From Candidatus Eiseniibacteriota bacterium (GTDB taxonomy: Bacteria > Eisenbacteria > RBG-16-71-46 > SZUA-252), in assembly GCA_038060295.1 (NCBI GenBank), contig JBBTHR010000007.1:10094-65091 (forward strand): a DNA stretch of 54,998 nt. The letters are read 5' to 3'. The notes below the pieces were generated by a model that worked only from the letters and a program-made list of their open reading frames with translations, did no database searches and was not told where the DNA came from. Every line of letters begins with the position of its first letter. Within the stretch, counting starts at the first letter, position 1. A program made the translations under genes and the position numbers. Of this stretch, positions 1 to 9,923 are shown piece by piece.

Positions 1-505
1 GGGGGTGGGGGGCGCCGAGGCGTGGGTTCGCGCCTCGCTCCCGGTCCCGGGCGCGGCAGGACTCGACGCGCTCGCGATCCGCGCGCGCACGGAGGCCCGG
101 CCGGAGCACGCGGCAATACTAGAGGCGGCGCTCCATCTCGCCGCGCGGCTCGTCACCGGCATGGAGCAGCCGGCGGTTCGCCTCGGAGGCGCCGAGCACA
201 TCGCGGCGCAACCCGAGTTCCAGACGCCCGACAGGCTTCGCCCGCTCGTGACCGTGCTCGCCGAGCGCGAGCATCTGGCGCGCGCGCTCGAGTCGTTTGC
301 AGCGGCCTACCTGCCCCGGGTATCGATCGGCCACGAACACGCGCCGGCTGCCATCCAGTCGTGCTCCATCGTCGGTATGGCGGTCGCCATCGGCCCGTCG
401 CGGGCGGTGATCGGGCTGATGGGACCCGTGCGGATGCCCTACCGCCGCGTCTTCGCGCTCCTCTCCTACGTCGGAGCGCGGCTGGCGCCGAGGAGGGACT
501 CGTGA
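1..505 (+). CDS. hrcA: Heat-inducible transcription repressor HrcA, C-terminal part (5' end lies outside the window)
   Basis: The frame is open from the window edge. The HrcA C-terminal region includes GLMGPVRMPYRRV (GPxRMxY-type motif). It is followed directly by grpE through a GTGA stop/start overlap. Confidence 0.8.
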   Translation, partial: GVGGAEAWVRASLPVPGAAGLDALAIRARTEARPEHAAILEAALHLAARLVTGMEQPAVRLGGAEHIAAQPEFQTPDRLRPLVTVLAEREHLARALESFAAAYLPRVSIGHEHAPAAIQSCSIVGMAVAIGPSRAVIGLMGPVRMPYRRVFALLSYVGARLAPRRDS

Positions 506-1146
506 AGAAGAAGCATCATCATGACTCGCCGGGCGCGCCACCCGAGGAGAAGGGGGGAATGCCGCCTCCCGGAGCGGCCGGCGAGACGTCCGCCGCCGCG
601 GCTCCGGCGGATGCCGACGGCGACACGCAGGCGGAACTGAACCGCCTCCGCGCCAGGGAGGACGAATTGCTCCGCGCGCTCGCGGAGCTGCAAAACGTGA
701 ACCGCCGGCGGAAGCAGGAAGCAGAGTCGGCGCTCCGCTTCGCCGCGGAGCCGTTCCTTCGTGAACTCCTCCCCGTGCTCGACGATTTCGAGCGGACGCT
801 CCGCGCGCTGCCCGCGGGGGACGATCCGCTCCGCGCCGGCGTCGTGCTGGTCCACGACCGCCTGGCGAAAATTCTGAGTAAGGAGGGGCTCGAGCCGATT
901 CGTCCTCGGGGCGAGCGGTTCGATCCGGAGTTGCACGACGCCATCGCGCAGCTCCCGATTCCCGGCGCCGAGCCCGGCACGATCGTCGAGGTCGCGATTC
1001 CCGGATACCGCTATCGCGACCGCGTTCTGCGCCACGCGAAGGTCGTCGTCGCGGCGGAAGGCGATTCGGCGTCGGAGCCGACAGCCGCCCCCGCGTCGCG
1101 CGGAGCCGCGGGCCCCGACGCTCCCGAGTCCGGCGGCGGCCTATGA
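502..1146 (+). CDS. grpE: Nucleotide exchange factor GrpE
   Basis: GTG at 502 overlaps the hrcA stop (503-505). The protein has a coiled-coil N-part ([24 protein letters not shown]) and a GrpE C-terminal beta domain ([14 protein letters not shown]...[16 protein letters not shown]). The ORF-track ATG at 22 lies inside hrcA and was rejected. Confidence 0.88.
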   Translation: MKKKHHHDSPGAPPEEKGGMPPPGAAGETSAAAAPADADGDTQAELNRLRAREDELLRALAELQNVNRRRKQEAESALRFAAEPFLRELLPVLDDFERTLRALPAGDDPLRAGVVLVHDRLAKILSKEGLEPIRPRGERFDPELHDAIAQLPIPGAEPGTIVEVAIPGYRYRDRVLRHAKVVVAAEGDSASEPTAAPASRGAAGPDAPESGGGL

Positions 1147-2297
1147 GCGCGAAACGCGACTTCTACGAGGTTCTGGGTGTCGAGCGCGGGGCGAGCGCCG
1201 AGGAAATGAAGAAGGCCTATCGGAAGCTGGCGCTCCAGTATCACCCCGACAAGAATCCCGGCGACAAGCAGGCCGAGGAGCGCTTCAAGGAGGTCGCCGA
1301 GGCGTACGACGTTCTCAGCGACGAGGAGAAGCGCGCGCGCTTCGATCGCTTCGGACACGCGCCCGCGGGAGCGCCGAGCGGCGGCGGCGGTTTCGAGGGT
1401 CATCAGGGATTCGATCTCTCCGACGCGCTCCGCGCCTTCATGCGCGACGTCGGCGGTTTCGGCGGCGGTTTCGGCGACATGTTCGAGGGGGAGTCCCCGG
1501 GGCGCGGCGGCCGCGAGCGGCGAGGGAGCACGCTGGAGCTGCGGCTTCGGCTCACGCTGGAGGAGATCGCGACCGGCGTGGAGAAGCGCGTCAAGGTGCG
1601 CCACATGCGCCCCTGCGCGACCTGCACCGGAAGCGGCGCGAAGAGCGGCTCGGGGAAGAAGACCTGCGCGGTCTGTCGCGGCGCGGGCCAGGTCCGCACC
1701 ATGCAGCGCTCCATCTTCGGACAGGTGATGAGCGTGATGACCTGCGAGCGTTGCCGCGGAGAGGGAAGCATCATCGATTCCCCCTGCCCGACCTGTTTGG
1801 GCGAGGGGCGCGTCCGCCAGCAGTCGGAGATCTCGATCAAGGTGCCCGCCGGCGTCTCGAGCGGGAACTACCTGCCGCTCTCCGGCATGGGTGACGTCGG
1901 CCCCCGCGGAGGGCCGGCCGGCGATCTCATCGCTCACATCGAGGAGTCGGAGCATCCACTCTTTCTCCGGGACGGCGACGACCTGATCGTCGAGTTTCCG
2001 ATCAGCATGGCGCGAGCCGCGCTCGGCGGGAAGGTCGAGGTGCCGATCCTGGGCGGCGGCCGCGCGGCAATCGACGTTCCGGCAGGGTCGCCGAGCGGAA
2101 AGCTCCTTCGCCTACGCGGAAAGGGAATGAAGAGCCTGCAGCGGTCGGGCACGGGAGATCTCCTGGTCCGGCTCGTCGTGGCCGTGCCGTCGAAGCTCTC
2201 CGACAAGGCGAAGAAGCTCCTTCACGAACTCGACGCGCTCCCCGAATCGAAGACACCTCCTCCTCGGCGCCCCGAAGCCGGGGACGACGGCCGCTGA
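1143..2297 (+). CDS. dnaJ: Molecular chaperone DnaJ
   Basis: J-domain with YHPDKNP, a G/F-rich linker and four CxxCxGxG zinc motifs ([32 protein letters not shown]). ATGA overlap with the grpE stop. Confidence 0.95.
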   Translation: MSAKRDFYEVLGVERGASAEEMKKAYRKLALQYHPDKNPGDKQAEERFKEVAEAYDVLSDEEKRARFDRFGHAPAGAPSGGGGFEGHQGFDLSDALRAFMRDVGGFGGGFGDMFEGESPGRGGRERRGSTLELRLRLTLEEIATGVEKRVKVRHMRPCATCTGSGAKSGSGKKTCAVCRGAGQVRTMQRSIFGQVMSVMTCERCRGEGSIIDSPCPTCLGEGRVRQQSEISIKVPAGVSSGNYLPLSGMGDVGPRGGPAGDLIAHIEESEHPLFLRDGDDLIVEFPISMARAALGGKVEVPILGGGRAAIDVPAGSPSGKLLRLRGKGMKSLQRSGTGDLLVRLVVAVPSKLSDKAKKLLHELDALPESKTPPPRRPEAGDDGR

Positions 2298-2304
2298 GGG
2301 GCGA

Positions 2305-3057
2305 GTGCGCGGCGCGCGCCGTCCCGACACGCTCTTCTGGGCCGACGCCTCGCGCATCGCGGGAAACCGGCTCTCCCTCGACCCCGATGAATCGCGTCAT
2401 CTCCTGCGGGTCTTCCGCGCGGAGCCGGGCACGCCCTTCGAGGCGACAGACGGCGCGGGAACCCGCTATCGCTGCCGCCTCCTGGAAGAGCACCACGGCG
2501 AGGCTCGCGCCGAAATCGTGGAGCGCGTGGAGGGCGTGGGAGAAATCGCCGCAGCGATTCACCTCCTCGTCGGGCTCCCCGACATCCACGCCGCGGAGAC
2601 GATCGTCGAGCACGCGGTTCCGCTCGGCGTGGCCTCCATCCTCTTCGCCGCCTGCCGGCGGAGCGGCCGCGACGAACTCGGCGCGGCGAAGCTGGAGCGG
2701 CTGGAGCGAATCGCGATCGCCGGCGTGAAGCAGTCGCTGCGATCGCGACTCCCGGTCCTCGGCACCGCGGCGAGCCTGGAGACAGCCCTCGAGGCGGCGC
2801 GACAGGGCCACCGGTTCGTGGCCGACCCATCCGGGGACGCCGATCTGCTGCTTCCGGGTGAGGCACCGCAAACCGCCGTAACCGTTGCCGTTGGGCCGCC
2901 CGGAGACTTCGACGAGGGGGAAGAAGCGGCGCTCCGGGCGGCGGGTTTTCGACCGATCTCTCTTGGTCCCAGCCGGTTAACCACCGAAACCGCCTCCATC
3001 GCGCTTCTGTCGATGCTTCGCAACGCGATCATTGTCAATGGTTTGCGAGGTATTTGA
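2305..3057 (+). CDS. rsmE: 16S rRNA (uracil1498-N3)-methyltransferase RsmE family
   Basis: 250 aa with an RsmE-like N-terminal PUA-like part ([16 protein letters not shown]) and a C-terminal SPOUT part ([39 protein letters not shown]). GTG start. Confidence 0.8.
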   Translation: MRGARRPDTLFWADASRIAGNRLSLDPDESRHLLRVFRAEPGTPFEATDGAGTRYRCRLLEEHHGEARAEIVERVEGVGEIAAAIHLLVGLPDIHAAETIVEHAVPLGVASILFAACRRSGRDELGAAKLERLERIAIAGVKQSLRSRLPVLGTAASLETALEAARQGHRFVADPSGDADLLLPGEAPQTAVTVAVGPPGDFDEGEEAALRAAGFRPISLGPSRLTTETASIALLSMLRNAIIVNGLRGI

Positions 3058-3082
3058 CAAATCAAGGACCTCGGGGTATCTT
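3054..3082 (+). promoter_or_regulatory. Sigma-70-like promoter candidate for rpsU (TTGACA-N17-TATCTT)
   Basis: TTGACA at 3054-3059, a 17-nt spacer, then TATCTT at 3077-3082, about 80 nt upstream of the rpsU ATG. The -35 box overlaps the rsmE stop codon. Confidence 0.5.
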
Positions 3083-3164
3083 CTTTAGCGTTAGGCGAAT
3101 GCTGCCCACCTACGTGGGCAGCTTGCATTTCACGCCAAACCCACGTGAGGAGGCGATACACAGG

Positions 3165-3359
3165 ATGCCCGGCATCAGGGTCAAAGAAGGCGAGTCCTTC
3201 GAGAGTGCCCTCCGCCGGTTCAAGAAGAAATGCGAGAAGGCAGGAGTTCTCGCGGATCTGCGGCGTCATCAGCACTTCGAGAAACCGAGCGAGCGGAAAA
3301 AGCGGAAGCTAAATGCCGCTAAGAGAAAAATGATGGCTCGGATGAAGGTGGCCGACTAA
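3165..3359 (+). CDS. rpsU: 30S ribosomal protein S21
   Basis: [48 protein letters not shown] is a classic S21 sequence. A GAGGAGG RBS lies at 3147-3153. The ORF-track start at 3054 is an upstream extension. Confidence 0.95.
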   Translation: MPGIRVKEGESFESALRRFKKKCEKAGVLADLRRHQHFEKPSERKKRKLNAAKRKMMARMKVAD

Positions 3360-3375
3360 GGCCGGCTTCGCCGAG

Positions 3376-5952
3376 TTGCAAACCCGACGGGAAACCGGCC
3401 TGAGCCGGTTTCCCGTTCGTCTCCTGGGCCGGCGACCGGCTCGGCCCCTCACCCCCGGAACGATCGCCATTAACGACAGCCTATCGCGCCACCTTTCCGA
3501 GCGCTTCGACGCGCCTGGCCGGGACGGCGCCCGCGAACATGCCGAAAGCGTCCTCGAGTTCCAGGTCGCGCTCGACGCCATCGCGGGCCGCTGCCGTTCC
3601 ACGCCGGGACGCGATCACGTGCGCGCCCTGCGCCCTCTGGCGCGGGTCGAGCAGGCGCACGGAGAGCAGGTCGTCTACGCCGACCTCCTGGCCGCACATG
3701 CCGTCGCGGATCCGCCACCGACCATCGCGCCGCCCGACGTACGGGTGCTGCTCGAGCGGCTTCACCACGAGGGAGCGACGCTTCGTGGCGAGGAACTCTG
3801 GTCGCTGGCGACGCTCCTGGAGCAGGCGGGGCTGGTGGCCGCTTGGCGCGCGCGCGGCGGGAAGGGTTACGACGGCCTCGGGCGGTTGCTCGACGGACTC
3901 GATCCGCTGGACGGTTTGCGGCGCGATCTGGTTCGCGCCATCGACCCGTCGGGTACGGTGAAGGACGATGCCACCTCCGAGCTCTCGCGCGTTCGCCGCT
4001 CCATTCGCGCGCTGCGGGAGCGGATCGCGAATCGCCTGGAATCGGTGCTTCGCTCGCTGGGCCTCGCCGAGAGTTTCGTGACGCTCCGAGAAGGGCGCTA
4101 CGTCGTTTCCGTGCCGAGCGGGAATCGCCGGTCGGTGCCGGGCCACGTGCTGGGGCACTCGGGCTCGGGGGCGAGCGTCTTCGTGGAACCGCGCGACGTC
4201 GCGGAGGCGAACGAGGAGTTGGCCGATCTCGAGATCGACGAGACGCGCGAGGTGGAGAGGATTCTGCGCGAGCTGTCGCTGCGCGCGCATCGCGACCACC
4301 CGGCGTTGGAGCGGGACTTCGCGATTCTCGCCCGCCTCGACGGGGCCGAGGCGGTCGTGGCGTGGGCGCGCGAGTCGGGCGCGACGATGCCCGAGCTTTC
4401 GGACGACGCGGAGCGCGTGCTGGAGTACCGCGGGGCGCGTCACCCGATTCTGGTCGAGCGGCACCGCCGGGGCGAGATGGGCCCGCCGGTGGCGCTCGAT
4501 CTGAGGCTCGACGCCCGGGATCGCGTGGTGCTCGTGACCGGCCCGAACATGGGCGGAAAGACGGTCGCGATGAAGACGGTCGGGCTCCTGGCGCTCCTCG
4601 CGATGTCGGGACTTCCGGTCCCGGCCTCATCGGGAACGCGCGTCCCGTGGTTCGACCGGCTACTCTGCGACATCGGCGACGAGCAGTCGCTGCAGGACGA
4701 CGTGAGCACGTTTCTTTCGCACCTGCGCCGCCTGGGAGAAGCGGTGCGGCTGGCCACGTCGCGGAGCCTCGTGCTCCTCGACGAGCTCGGCTCGGGGACC
4801 GATCCGGCCGAGGGCGCGGCGCTGGGTCGGGCGATTCTCGAATCGATTCGCGACCGCGGCGCGCACTGCGTGGCCACGACGCATTTCGGGAGCCTGAAGA
4901 CGTTCGCGCACGACGCCGACGGCGTGCGGAACGCCTCCATGGCCTTCGACGAGGAGGCGCTCCGCTCTCTCTTCCGGCTCGAGGTCGGCGTCCCCGGCGG
5001 AAGCCGCGCGCTCCAGGTGGCCGAGCGCTTCGGCATGGACGAGTCGGTGCTGGCCAGGGCACGCATGCTCCTCCCCAAGGGGGAGCAGGATCTCAACCGC
5101 CTGATCGAGGAACTCGGCCGCCTGCGGAAAGAGGCCGAGGCGGAGCGCGTGGAGCTTTCGCGCACGCGCTCGACCCTCGCGCAGCGCGAGGGGGAGCTGA
5201 AGACGGCGCGCGACCGGCTGGACGCGGAGCGGAAGGAGCGGAAGCAGAGCGAACTGGAGGCGCGCCGGGAACTCCTGCGTACTCTGGAGCGGCAGATCGA
5301 CGAGTACCGGAAGCGGCTCCGGACCGAGGGAAAGGCGAGCCACGAGACCTTGCGCGAGGTGCGCGGCGCGGCCCGCTCCATCGAGGAAGCGATCGAATCC
5401 GAGACGGAGCGGCCAACGATGCAGGCCGGACCGCCCGTCCAGACAGCGGCGCCCGGCGATCACGTTTCGATCCCGGCTCTGAACGCGACCGGCGTGATTC
5501 TCTCGATGCCCGACGCGGATGGACGCGTCCGGGTGAAGATCGGCGGCGCGACGGCGGTTCTTCCGATGGCGCAGCTGCGCCGGGCCGGCGGAGCCGCCGA
5601 GGCGCGCGCCGCGGCGGAATCGGGGGCCGAGCGTGGCGGCGATCGTGCCGGGGCCGCGAAGACGCCGCTTCGCCGTGCGTCGGGCGGCGAGACGCACGAT
5701 GTGGAGGAAGTGGGGACCGAGATCGACGTGAGGGGGTTCGAGGCCGACGACGCGGTCCGCGCCGTGGAGCGTTTCATCGAGGACGCGGCCATGAGCGGGC
5801 ACCAGACGGCGCGGATCATCCACGGCAAGGGGAAGGGGATCCTGCGCGATCAGATGAAGCGCTTCCTTTCGCGGAATTCGCTCGTGAAGGAATTTCGCCT
5901 CGGGGAGATCCGGGAAGGGGGCACGGGCGTCACGGTCGTGACGCTGTCGTAG
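3376..5952 (+). CDS. mutS2: Endonuclease MutS2 (MutS domain V ATPase plus C-terminal Smr domain)
   Basis: Walker A GPNMGGKT, a MutS-type ATPase core (LVLLDELGSGTDP, ATTHF), a long coiled-coil and a C-terminal Smr domain (IDVRGFEADDAV...ARIIHGKGKGILR). The start is uncertain. TTG 3376 is the only canonical in-frame start, but it places the 3388-3415 hairpin inside the CDS. Confidence 0.88.
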   Translation: MQTRRETGLSRFPVRLLGRRPARPLTPGTIAINDSLSRHLSERFDAPGRDGAREHAESVLEFQVALDAIAGRCRSTPGRDHVRALRPLARVEQAHGEQVVYADLLAAHAVADPPPTIAPPDVRVLLERLHHEGATLRGEELWSLATLLEQAGLVAAWRARGGKGYDGLGRLLDGLDPLDGLRRDLVRAIDPSGTVKDDATSELSRVRRSIRALRERIANRLESVLRSLGLAESFVTLREGRYVVSVPSGNRRSVPGHVLGHSGSGASVFVEPRDVAEANEELADLEIDETREVERILRELSLRAHRDHPALERDFAILARLDGAEAVVAWARESGATMPELSDDAERVLEYRGARHPILVERHRRGEMGPPVALDLRLDARDRVVLVTGPNMGGKTVAMKTVGLLALLAMSGLPVPASSGTRVPWFDRLLCDIGDEQSLQDDVSTFLSHLRRLGEAVRLATSRSLVLLDELGSGTDPAEGAALGRAILESIRDRGAHCVATTHFGSLKTFAHDADGVRNASMAFDEEALRSLFRLEVGVPGGSRALQVAERFGMDESVLARARMLLPKGEQDLNRLIEELGRLRKEAEAERVELSRTRSTLAQREGELKTARDRLDAERKERKQSELEARRELLRTLERQIDEYRKRLRTEGKASHETLREVRGAARSIEEAIESETERPTMQAGPPVQTAAPGDHVSIPALNATGVILSMPDADGRVRVKIGGATAVLPMAQLRRAGGAAEARAAAESGAERGGDRAGAAKTPLRRASGGETHDVEEVGTEIDVRGFEADDAVRAVERFIEDAAMSGHQTARIIHGKGKGILRDQMKRFLSRNSLVKEFRLGEIREGGTGVTVVTLS
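3388..3415 (+). terminator. Stem-loop after rpsU (12-bp stem, 4-nt loop), a possible terminator or attenuator
   Basis: CGGGAAACCGGC-CTGA-GCCGGTTTCCCG forms a perfect 12-bp stem starting 29 nt after the rpsU stop. It is followed only by TT, so the U-tract is weak. Confidence 0.5.
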
Positions 5953-5959
5953 GAACGCC

Positions 5960-7825
5960 ATGAACCCGCCCGGCGCCGAAGAGGCGAAAGAGGCCGTTCG
6001 CGGCGCCACCGACATCGTCCAGCTGATCGGCGAGAAGGTGAGGCTGCGGCGCGTCGGGACGCGGTGGAGCGGGCTCTGTCCGTTCCATAACGAGAAGACG
6101 CCCTCGTTCACGGTGAATCCGGAGCGCCAGATCTGGCACTGCTTCGGCTGCAACAAGGGCGGCGACGTCTTCGCGTTCCTGATGGAGACCGACAAGGTCA
6201 CCTTCCCGGAAGCGCTGGCGATCCTGGCCGAGCGCGCGGGGATCGAGCTTCCCAAGGGGGAGCGCGGTCCCGGCGCGGCGGTTCGCGACCGGTTGCTGCA
6301 GGCGAACGCGCTGGCGAGCGACTTCTTCCAGGCGTCGCTTCGGTCGGAGGCGGGCGCGCGGGCGCGGGCCTATCTCGCCGGGCGCGGGTTCACGGGCTCG
6401 ATGCTGGACGTCTTTCACGTCGGGTGGGCGCCCGATCAGTGGGAAGGGATGGCGACGGCGCTGGGGAGACTCCTCCCGGCGAAGACGCTGGAGGAGGCGG
6501 GGCTCACACTCCGTCGCGGCGACGGGTCGCATTACGACCGGTTTCGTAACCGGATCATCTTCCCGGTGGAGACGGCGCCGGGGAAGACGGCGGGCTTCGG
6601 CGCGCGCGCCATCGCGCCGGAGGATCAACCGAAGTATCTGAACTCGTCCGAGTCGGCGGTCTTCCGGAAAGGGAGCCTCCTCTTCGGACTGCCGCAGGCG
6701 CGGTCGGCGATTCGGGAGCGAAAGGAAGTCCTGGTGGCCGAGGGCTACCTGGATGTCCTCCGGCTCCACGAGGCGGGCTTCACGAACGCGGTGGCGACGT
6801 GCGGCACAGCGCTCACGCTCGAGCATGCGCGGGCTCTGGCGCGCTTCGAGGCGGGCGTTGTGCTCGTCTACGACGGCGACGCGGCCGGCGTGCGCGCGGC
6901 GGATCGCGGGCTCGACCCGCTGTTGGGCGCGGGGCTCGCGGTGCGAGTCCTGCTCCTCCCCGCGGGGGAGGATCCGGACTCGTTTCTGGCGAAGTCGGCT
7001 CGCGAGGCGTTCGCCGCGCTGTTGGCGGAGGCGCGCGACGTTCCGGGATTTCTCGCGGAAGCGACGATCGGCGACGGCGGGCCCACGGGCGCGGACCCAT
7101 CGCTGGAAGCGCGGGTACGACGGTTCGTGGGGCTTTTGCAGCGAGTGGAGGATCCGATTCGCCGCCGGCTACTGGTGAGGCGGGGAGCGGAGGCCTTCGG
7201 GTTGGAGGAGGGAGTCCTCCTGGAGGCAGCGGCGAAGGGCATGGCGGGCGTGGGGCTGAAGAGCCCTCGGCCAGCGCGCCCGGCGGATGGCGCCCCGGGG
7301 GGCGCCGCGAAGCCGCCGGACGGGGTTCCGAACCGGGCCCCGGAGGGGGATGCAGCGGCTCCTGAGCGGCCCGCTGTGACGGCGGAGAAGCTAGACCCGG
7401 CCGAGCGGGAGCTGGCGGCAAGAGCGCTGACGGAGGAAGGGGCCTTGCGGGCCATCCTCGAGGCGGGCGGGATCGCCTGCTTCGTGACGCCGGAGCTTCG
7501 CGAGATCTTGGCCCCGTGGATCGAGGCGGGGCAGCCTCCCCTGGGGGGGGAGCGGGACCGGCTGGTCGACGAGCATCCCCTGGTTCGGGGGATCCTGGCC
7601 GTCCATCCGGTGGAGGATGCGGTGCCGCTCGACGAGCAGCAGCGGACGGCCCGGGGCTTGATCGAGCGTCTGGAGGAGCGCCGGCTTCGCGCGGCGATCC
7701 AGGTTCTCGATCGTGCCATTCGTGAAGCGGAACAGTCGCGGGACGCCTCGCTGGGACGGCTGGTGGCCGAACGGCGGGATCTCGCATCAAAACTTCATCA
7801 ACGAAGCCAAAGTCCGGTTTCATAG
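5960..7825 (+). CDS. dnaG: DNA primase DnaG
   Basis: Zinc-ribbon CPFHNEKTPSFTV...WHCFGCNKGGDVFAF, an RNA polymerase core, and a TOPRIM region (VAEGYLDV, VLVYDGDAAG). Confidence 0.95.
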   Translation: MNPPGAEEAKEAVRGATDIVQLIGEKVRLRRVGTRWSGLCPFHNEKTPSFTVNPERQIWHCFGCNKGGDVFAFLMETDKVTFPEALAILAERAGIELPKGERGPGAAVRDRLLQANALASDFFQASLRSEAGARARAYLAGRGFTGSMLDVFHVGWAPDQWEGMATALGRLLPAKTLEEAGLTLRRGDGSHYDRFRNRIIFPVETAPGKTAGFGARAIAPEDQPKYLNSSESAVFRKGSLLFGLPQARSAIRERKEVLVAEGYLDVLRLHEAGFTNAVATCGTALTLEHARALARFEAGVVLVYDGDAAGVRAADRGLDPLLGAGLAVRVLLLPAGEDPDSFLAKSAREAFAALLAEARDVPGFLAEATIGDGGPTGADPSLEARVRRFVGLLQRVEDPIRRRLLVRRGAEAFGLEEGVLLEAAAKGMAGVGLKSPRPARPADGAPGGAAKPPDGVPNRAPEGDAAAPERPAVTAEKLDPAERELAARALTEEGALRAILEAGGIACFVTPELREILAPWIEAGQPPLGGERDRLVDEHPLVRGILAVHPVEDAVPLDEQQRTARGLIERLEERRLRAAIQVLDRAIREAEQSRDASLGRLVAERRDLASKLHQRSQSPVS

Positions 7826-7858
7826 CGTTCGCGTCACCGACAAAGGAGAGTCCCAGGG

Positions 7859-9604
7859 ATGAAGCGCGAGAAGGTGGATCGCCTTCAGGATTTGAAGGCG
7901 CTGGCCGGCAAGCAGCAGTACCTGCTTCACGACCAGATCGAGACCTTCCTGGACGAGAGTGCGTCCGTCGACGAGATGGACGAGGTCTACATCGCTCTCA
8001 ACGACTGGAAGGTCGACATCTTCGATACCCACGAGGAGGCGCAGCTGAAGCTGCGGATCAAGCGGCGCGAGGAAAAGCGTCCTCCCGACAAGCATGTGGC
8101 GGCGCCGAGCGTCAAGTACGACGACCCGGTTCGCATGTACCTCCGCGAGATGGGGCGCGTCCCGCTCCTCGACCGGGAGGGCGAGGTCGAGATCGCGAAG
8201 CGGATCAAGGCCGGGGAGCGGCAGATCTGCAATGCCCTCTTCCGTTCGCCGCCCATTCTCAAGGAGTTCCTGGCCTACGGCACGAAGCTGAAGCAGAACA
8301 AGGTCCGCGTGGAGGACTTCACGCAGATCGACTTCGGCAACTGGAATCCCGAGTTCTCTCCGAAGAAGGAGCGGGCGCGCGCGCTCAAGGCGCTGGACAA
8401 GATCCGCTCGGCGCACGCGAAGCTGGCCAAGCACCAGGAGAAGTCGGTCGGCCGGCTCTCGGACGAAAAGAAGAAGCAGCATCACGACAAGTTTCGCGCG
8501 CTCGACGAGGAACTCCTGCGCGACATCCAGGACCTGAACGTCAATATCCGGCTCATCGACCGGATGGCCGAGCGCGTGAAGGAATCCGCGCGCTTCGTCG
8601 ACGAGTGCGAGAACGAGTTCGTCGAGCTGGAGCAGAAGTGGGGGAAGACCGGCGAGGAGATCGCCGCCTTCCTGCGCCGCGCCAAGAAGAGCAAGAAGGA
8701 TGCGATCCAGGTCAAGCGGGAGGCGCACCTCGACGCCGACGATTTCGAGATCTACGACCGCGCGGTCAAGAACGCCCGGAAGAAGATCCGGAAGGTCGAG
8801 GAAGAGGCGAACATGTCGCGTGACGACATCAAGGAGGTCGCGCGCGAGATCCGCTCGGGCGAGATTGCCCGCGACAAGGCGAAGCGGGAGATGATCGAGG
8901 CGAACGTCCGCCTCGTGATCTCGATCGCCAAGCGCTACACGAACCGCGGACTGGAGTTCCTCGACCTGATCCAGGAGGGGAATAGCGGCCTCATGCGCGC
9001 GGTCGACAAGTTCGACTACCGGAAGGGCTACAAGTTCTCCACCTATGCCACCTGGTGGATCCGCCAGGCGATCACGCGCGCCATCGCCGACCAGGCGCGC
9101 ACGATCCGCGTGCCGGTCCATATGATCGAGGCGATCAACAAGGTCGTCCGCACGTCGCGGCGGCTGGTGCAGGAACTGGGCCGCGAGCCGACGCCCGAGG
9201 AAGTGGCGGTGCGGCTGGCGATGCCGGTGGACAAGATCAAGAGCGTGCTGAAGGCGGCGCAGGAGCCGATCTCCCTCGACCGGCCGATCGGCGAGGACGA
9301 CGATTCCAGCCTCGGCGATTTCATCGAGGATACGTCGGTCGTCTCTCCCGCGCAGGCCGCGGCCTTCTCGATGCTGAAGGACGAGGTGAACGAGGTGCTG
9401 GAGACGCTGAGCAAGCGCGAGGCGCGGGTCATTCGCCTCCGCTTCGGCCTCACCGAGGACGGCTGCCCGCGAACGCTGGAGGAAGTGGGCGCCACGTTCA
9501 ACGTGACGCGCGAACGCATCCGCCAGATCGAGGCGAAGGCGCTCCGGAAGCTCCGCCATCCGACGCGGAGCCGGCGGCTCAAGGGATACATCGAGGCCAT
9601 GTGA
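7859..9604 (+). CDS. rpoD: RNA polymerase primary sigma factor RpoD (sigma-70)
   Basis: Regions 1.2-4.2 are recognisable ([11 protein letters not shown]; [63 protein letters not shown]; [30 protein letters not shown]). Confidence 0.97.
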   Translation: MKREKVDRLQDLKALAGKQQYLLHDQIETFLDESASVDEMDEVYIALNDWKVDIFDTHEEAQLKLRIKRREEKRPPDKHVAAPSVKYDDPVRMYLREMGRVPLLDREGEVEIAKRIKAGERQICNALFRSPPILKEFLAYGTKLKQNKVRVEDFTQIDFGNWNPEFSPKKERARALKALDKIRSAHAKLAKHQEKSVGRLSDEKKKQHHDKFRALDEELLRDIQDLNVNIRLIDRMAERVKESARFVDECENEFVELEQKWGKTGEEIAAFLRRAKKSKKDAIQVKREAHLDADDFEIYDRAVKNARKKIRKVEEEANMSRDDIKEVAREIRSGEIARDKAKREMIEANVRLVISIAKRYTNRGLEFLDLIQEGNSGLMRAVDKFDYRKGYKFSTYATWWIRQAITRAIADQARTIRVPVHMIEAINKVVRTSRRLVQELGREPTPEEVAVRLAMPVDKIKSVLKAAQEPISLDRPIGEDDDSSLGDFIEDTSVVSPAQAAAFSMLKDEVNEVLETLSKREARVIRLRFGLTEDGCPRTLEEVGATFNVTRERIRQIEAKALRKLRHPTRSRRLKGYIEAM

Positions 9605-9624
9605 CTGCGGGCGGCGTCGGCGAC

Positions 9625-9654
9625 TTGACCCTGCGGCGAGCAGGGTGCTAGATT
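9625..9654 (+). promoter_or_regulatory. Sigma-70-like promoter candidate for the tRNA pair (TTGACC-N18-TAGATT)
   Basis: TTGACC at 9625-9630 and TAGATT at 9649-9654, about 40 nt upstream of the first tRNA. Confidence 0.4.
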
Positions 9655-9694
9655 GGCCCGCTCCGGTCCCGGATTCGAACCATGCGTACCTTGC

Positions 9695-9768
9695 GGGCCC
9701 ATAGCTCAGTTGGTGAGAGCACCCGGCTCATAACCGGGCGGACCTTGGTTCGAGTCCAAGTGGGCCCA
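9695..9768 (+). tRNA. tRNA with CAT anticodon (elongator Met, or Ile2 read after lysidine modification)
   Basis: Hand-folded cloverleaf: GGGCCCA / GCTC-AGTTGGTGA-GAGC / CCCGG-CTCATAA-CCGGG / CGGAC / CTTGG-TTCGAGT-CCAAG / TGGGCCC-A. No CCA is encoded. It is not an initiator, because 1:72 is a G:C pair. Confidence 0.9.
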
Positions 9769-9790
9769 ATCTTTCGACACGAGGTGATGC

Positions 9791-9866
9791 GGGCGGTTAG
9801 CTCAGTTGGTAGAGCGCTGGTATCACAAGCCAGAGGTCGCAGGTTCAAACCCTGCACCGCCCACCA
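9791..9866 (+). tRNA. tRNA-Val (anticodon CAC), CCA encoded
   Basis: Hand-folded cloverleaf: GGGCGGT / GCTC-AGTTGGTA-GAGC / CTGGT-ATCACAA-GCCAG / AGGTC / GCAGG-TTCAAAC-CCTGC / ACCGCCC-A-CCA. Confidence 0.9.
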
Positions 9867-9871
9867 TTTCT

Positions 9872-9902
9872 GGGGAGCGTGCCGTCGCGCTCCCCGTTTT
9901 TT
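9872..9902 (+). terminator. Rho-independent terminator after the tRNA pair
   Basis: GGGGAGCG (9872-9879) pairs with CGCTCCCC (9888-9895). The stem is followed by G plus TTTTTT (9897-9902). Confidence 0.8.
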
Positions 9903-9923
9903 CATCCCTGGGAGGCGTCTCCG

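Noticed and set aside
3470-6255. Alternate-frame and antisense ORFs inside mutS2 and dnaG (530 aa at 3470-5062, 531 aa at 4660-6255, 706 aa at 3843-5963 on the plus strand)
   Set aside because: The Arg/Pro/Gly/Ala-dominated low-complexity translations are characteristic of out-of-frame reading of GC-rich coding DNA. MutS2 and DnaG motifs define the true frames.
7820-9559. 579-aa minus-strand ORF antisense to rpoD
   Set aside because: This is a classic antisense open frame of sigma-70 genes in high-GC genomes. It has no motifs and a Leu/Arg/Asp/His-biased composition, and the plus frame is unmistakably RpoD.
9879-9923. ATG 9879 as the start of the zinc-ribbon protein
   Set aside because: It would place the tRNA terminator stem and T-tract (9872-9902) inside the coding region. 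GTG 9924 has a GGGAGG RBS at proper spacing.
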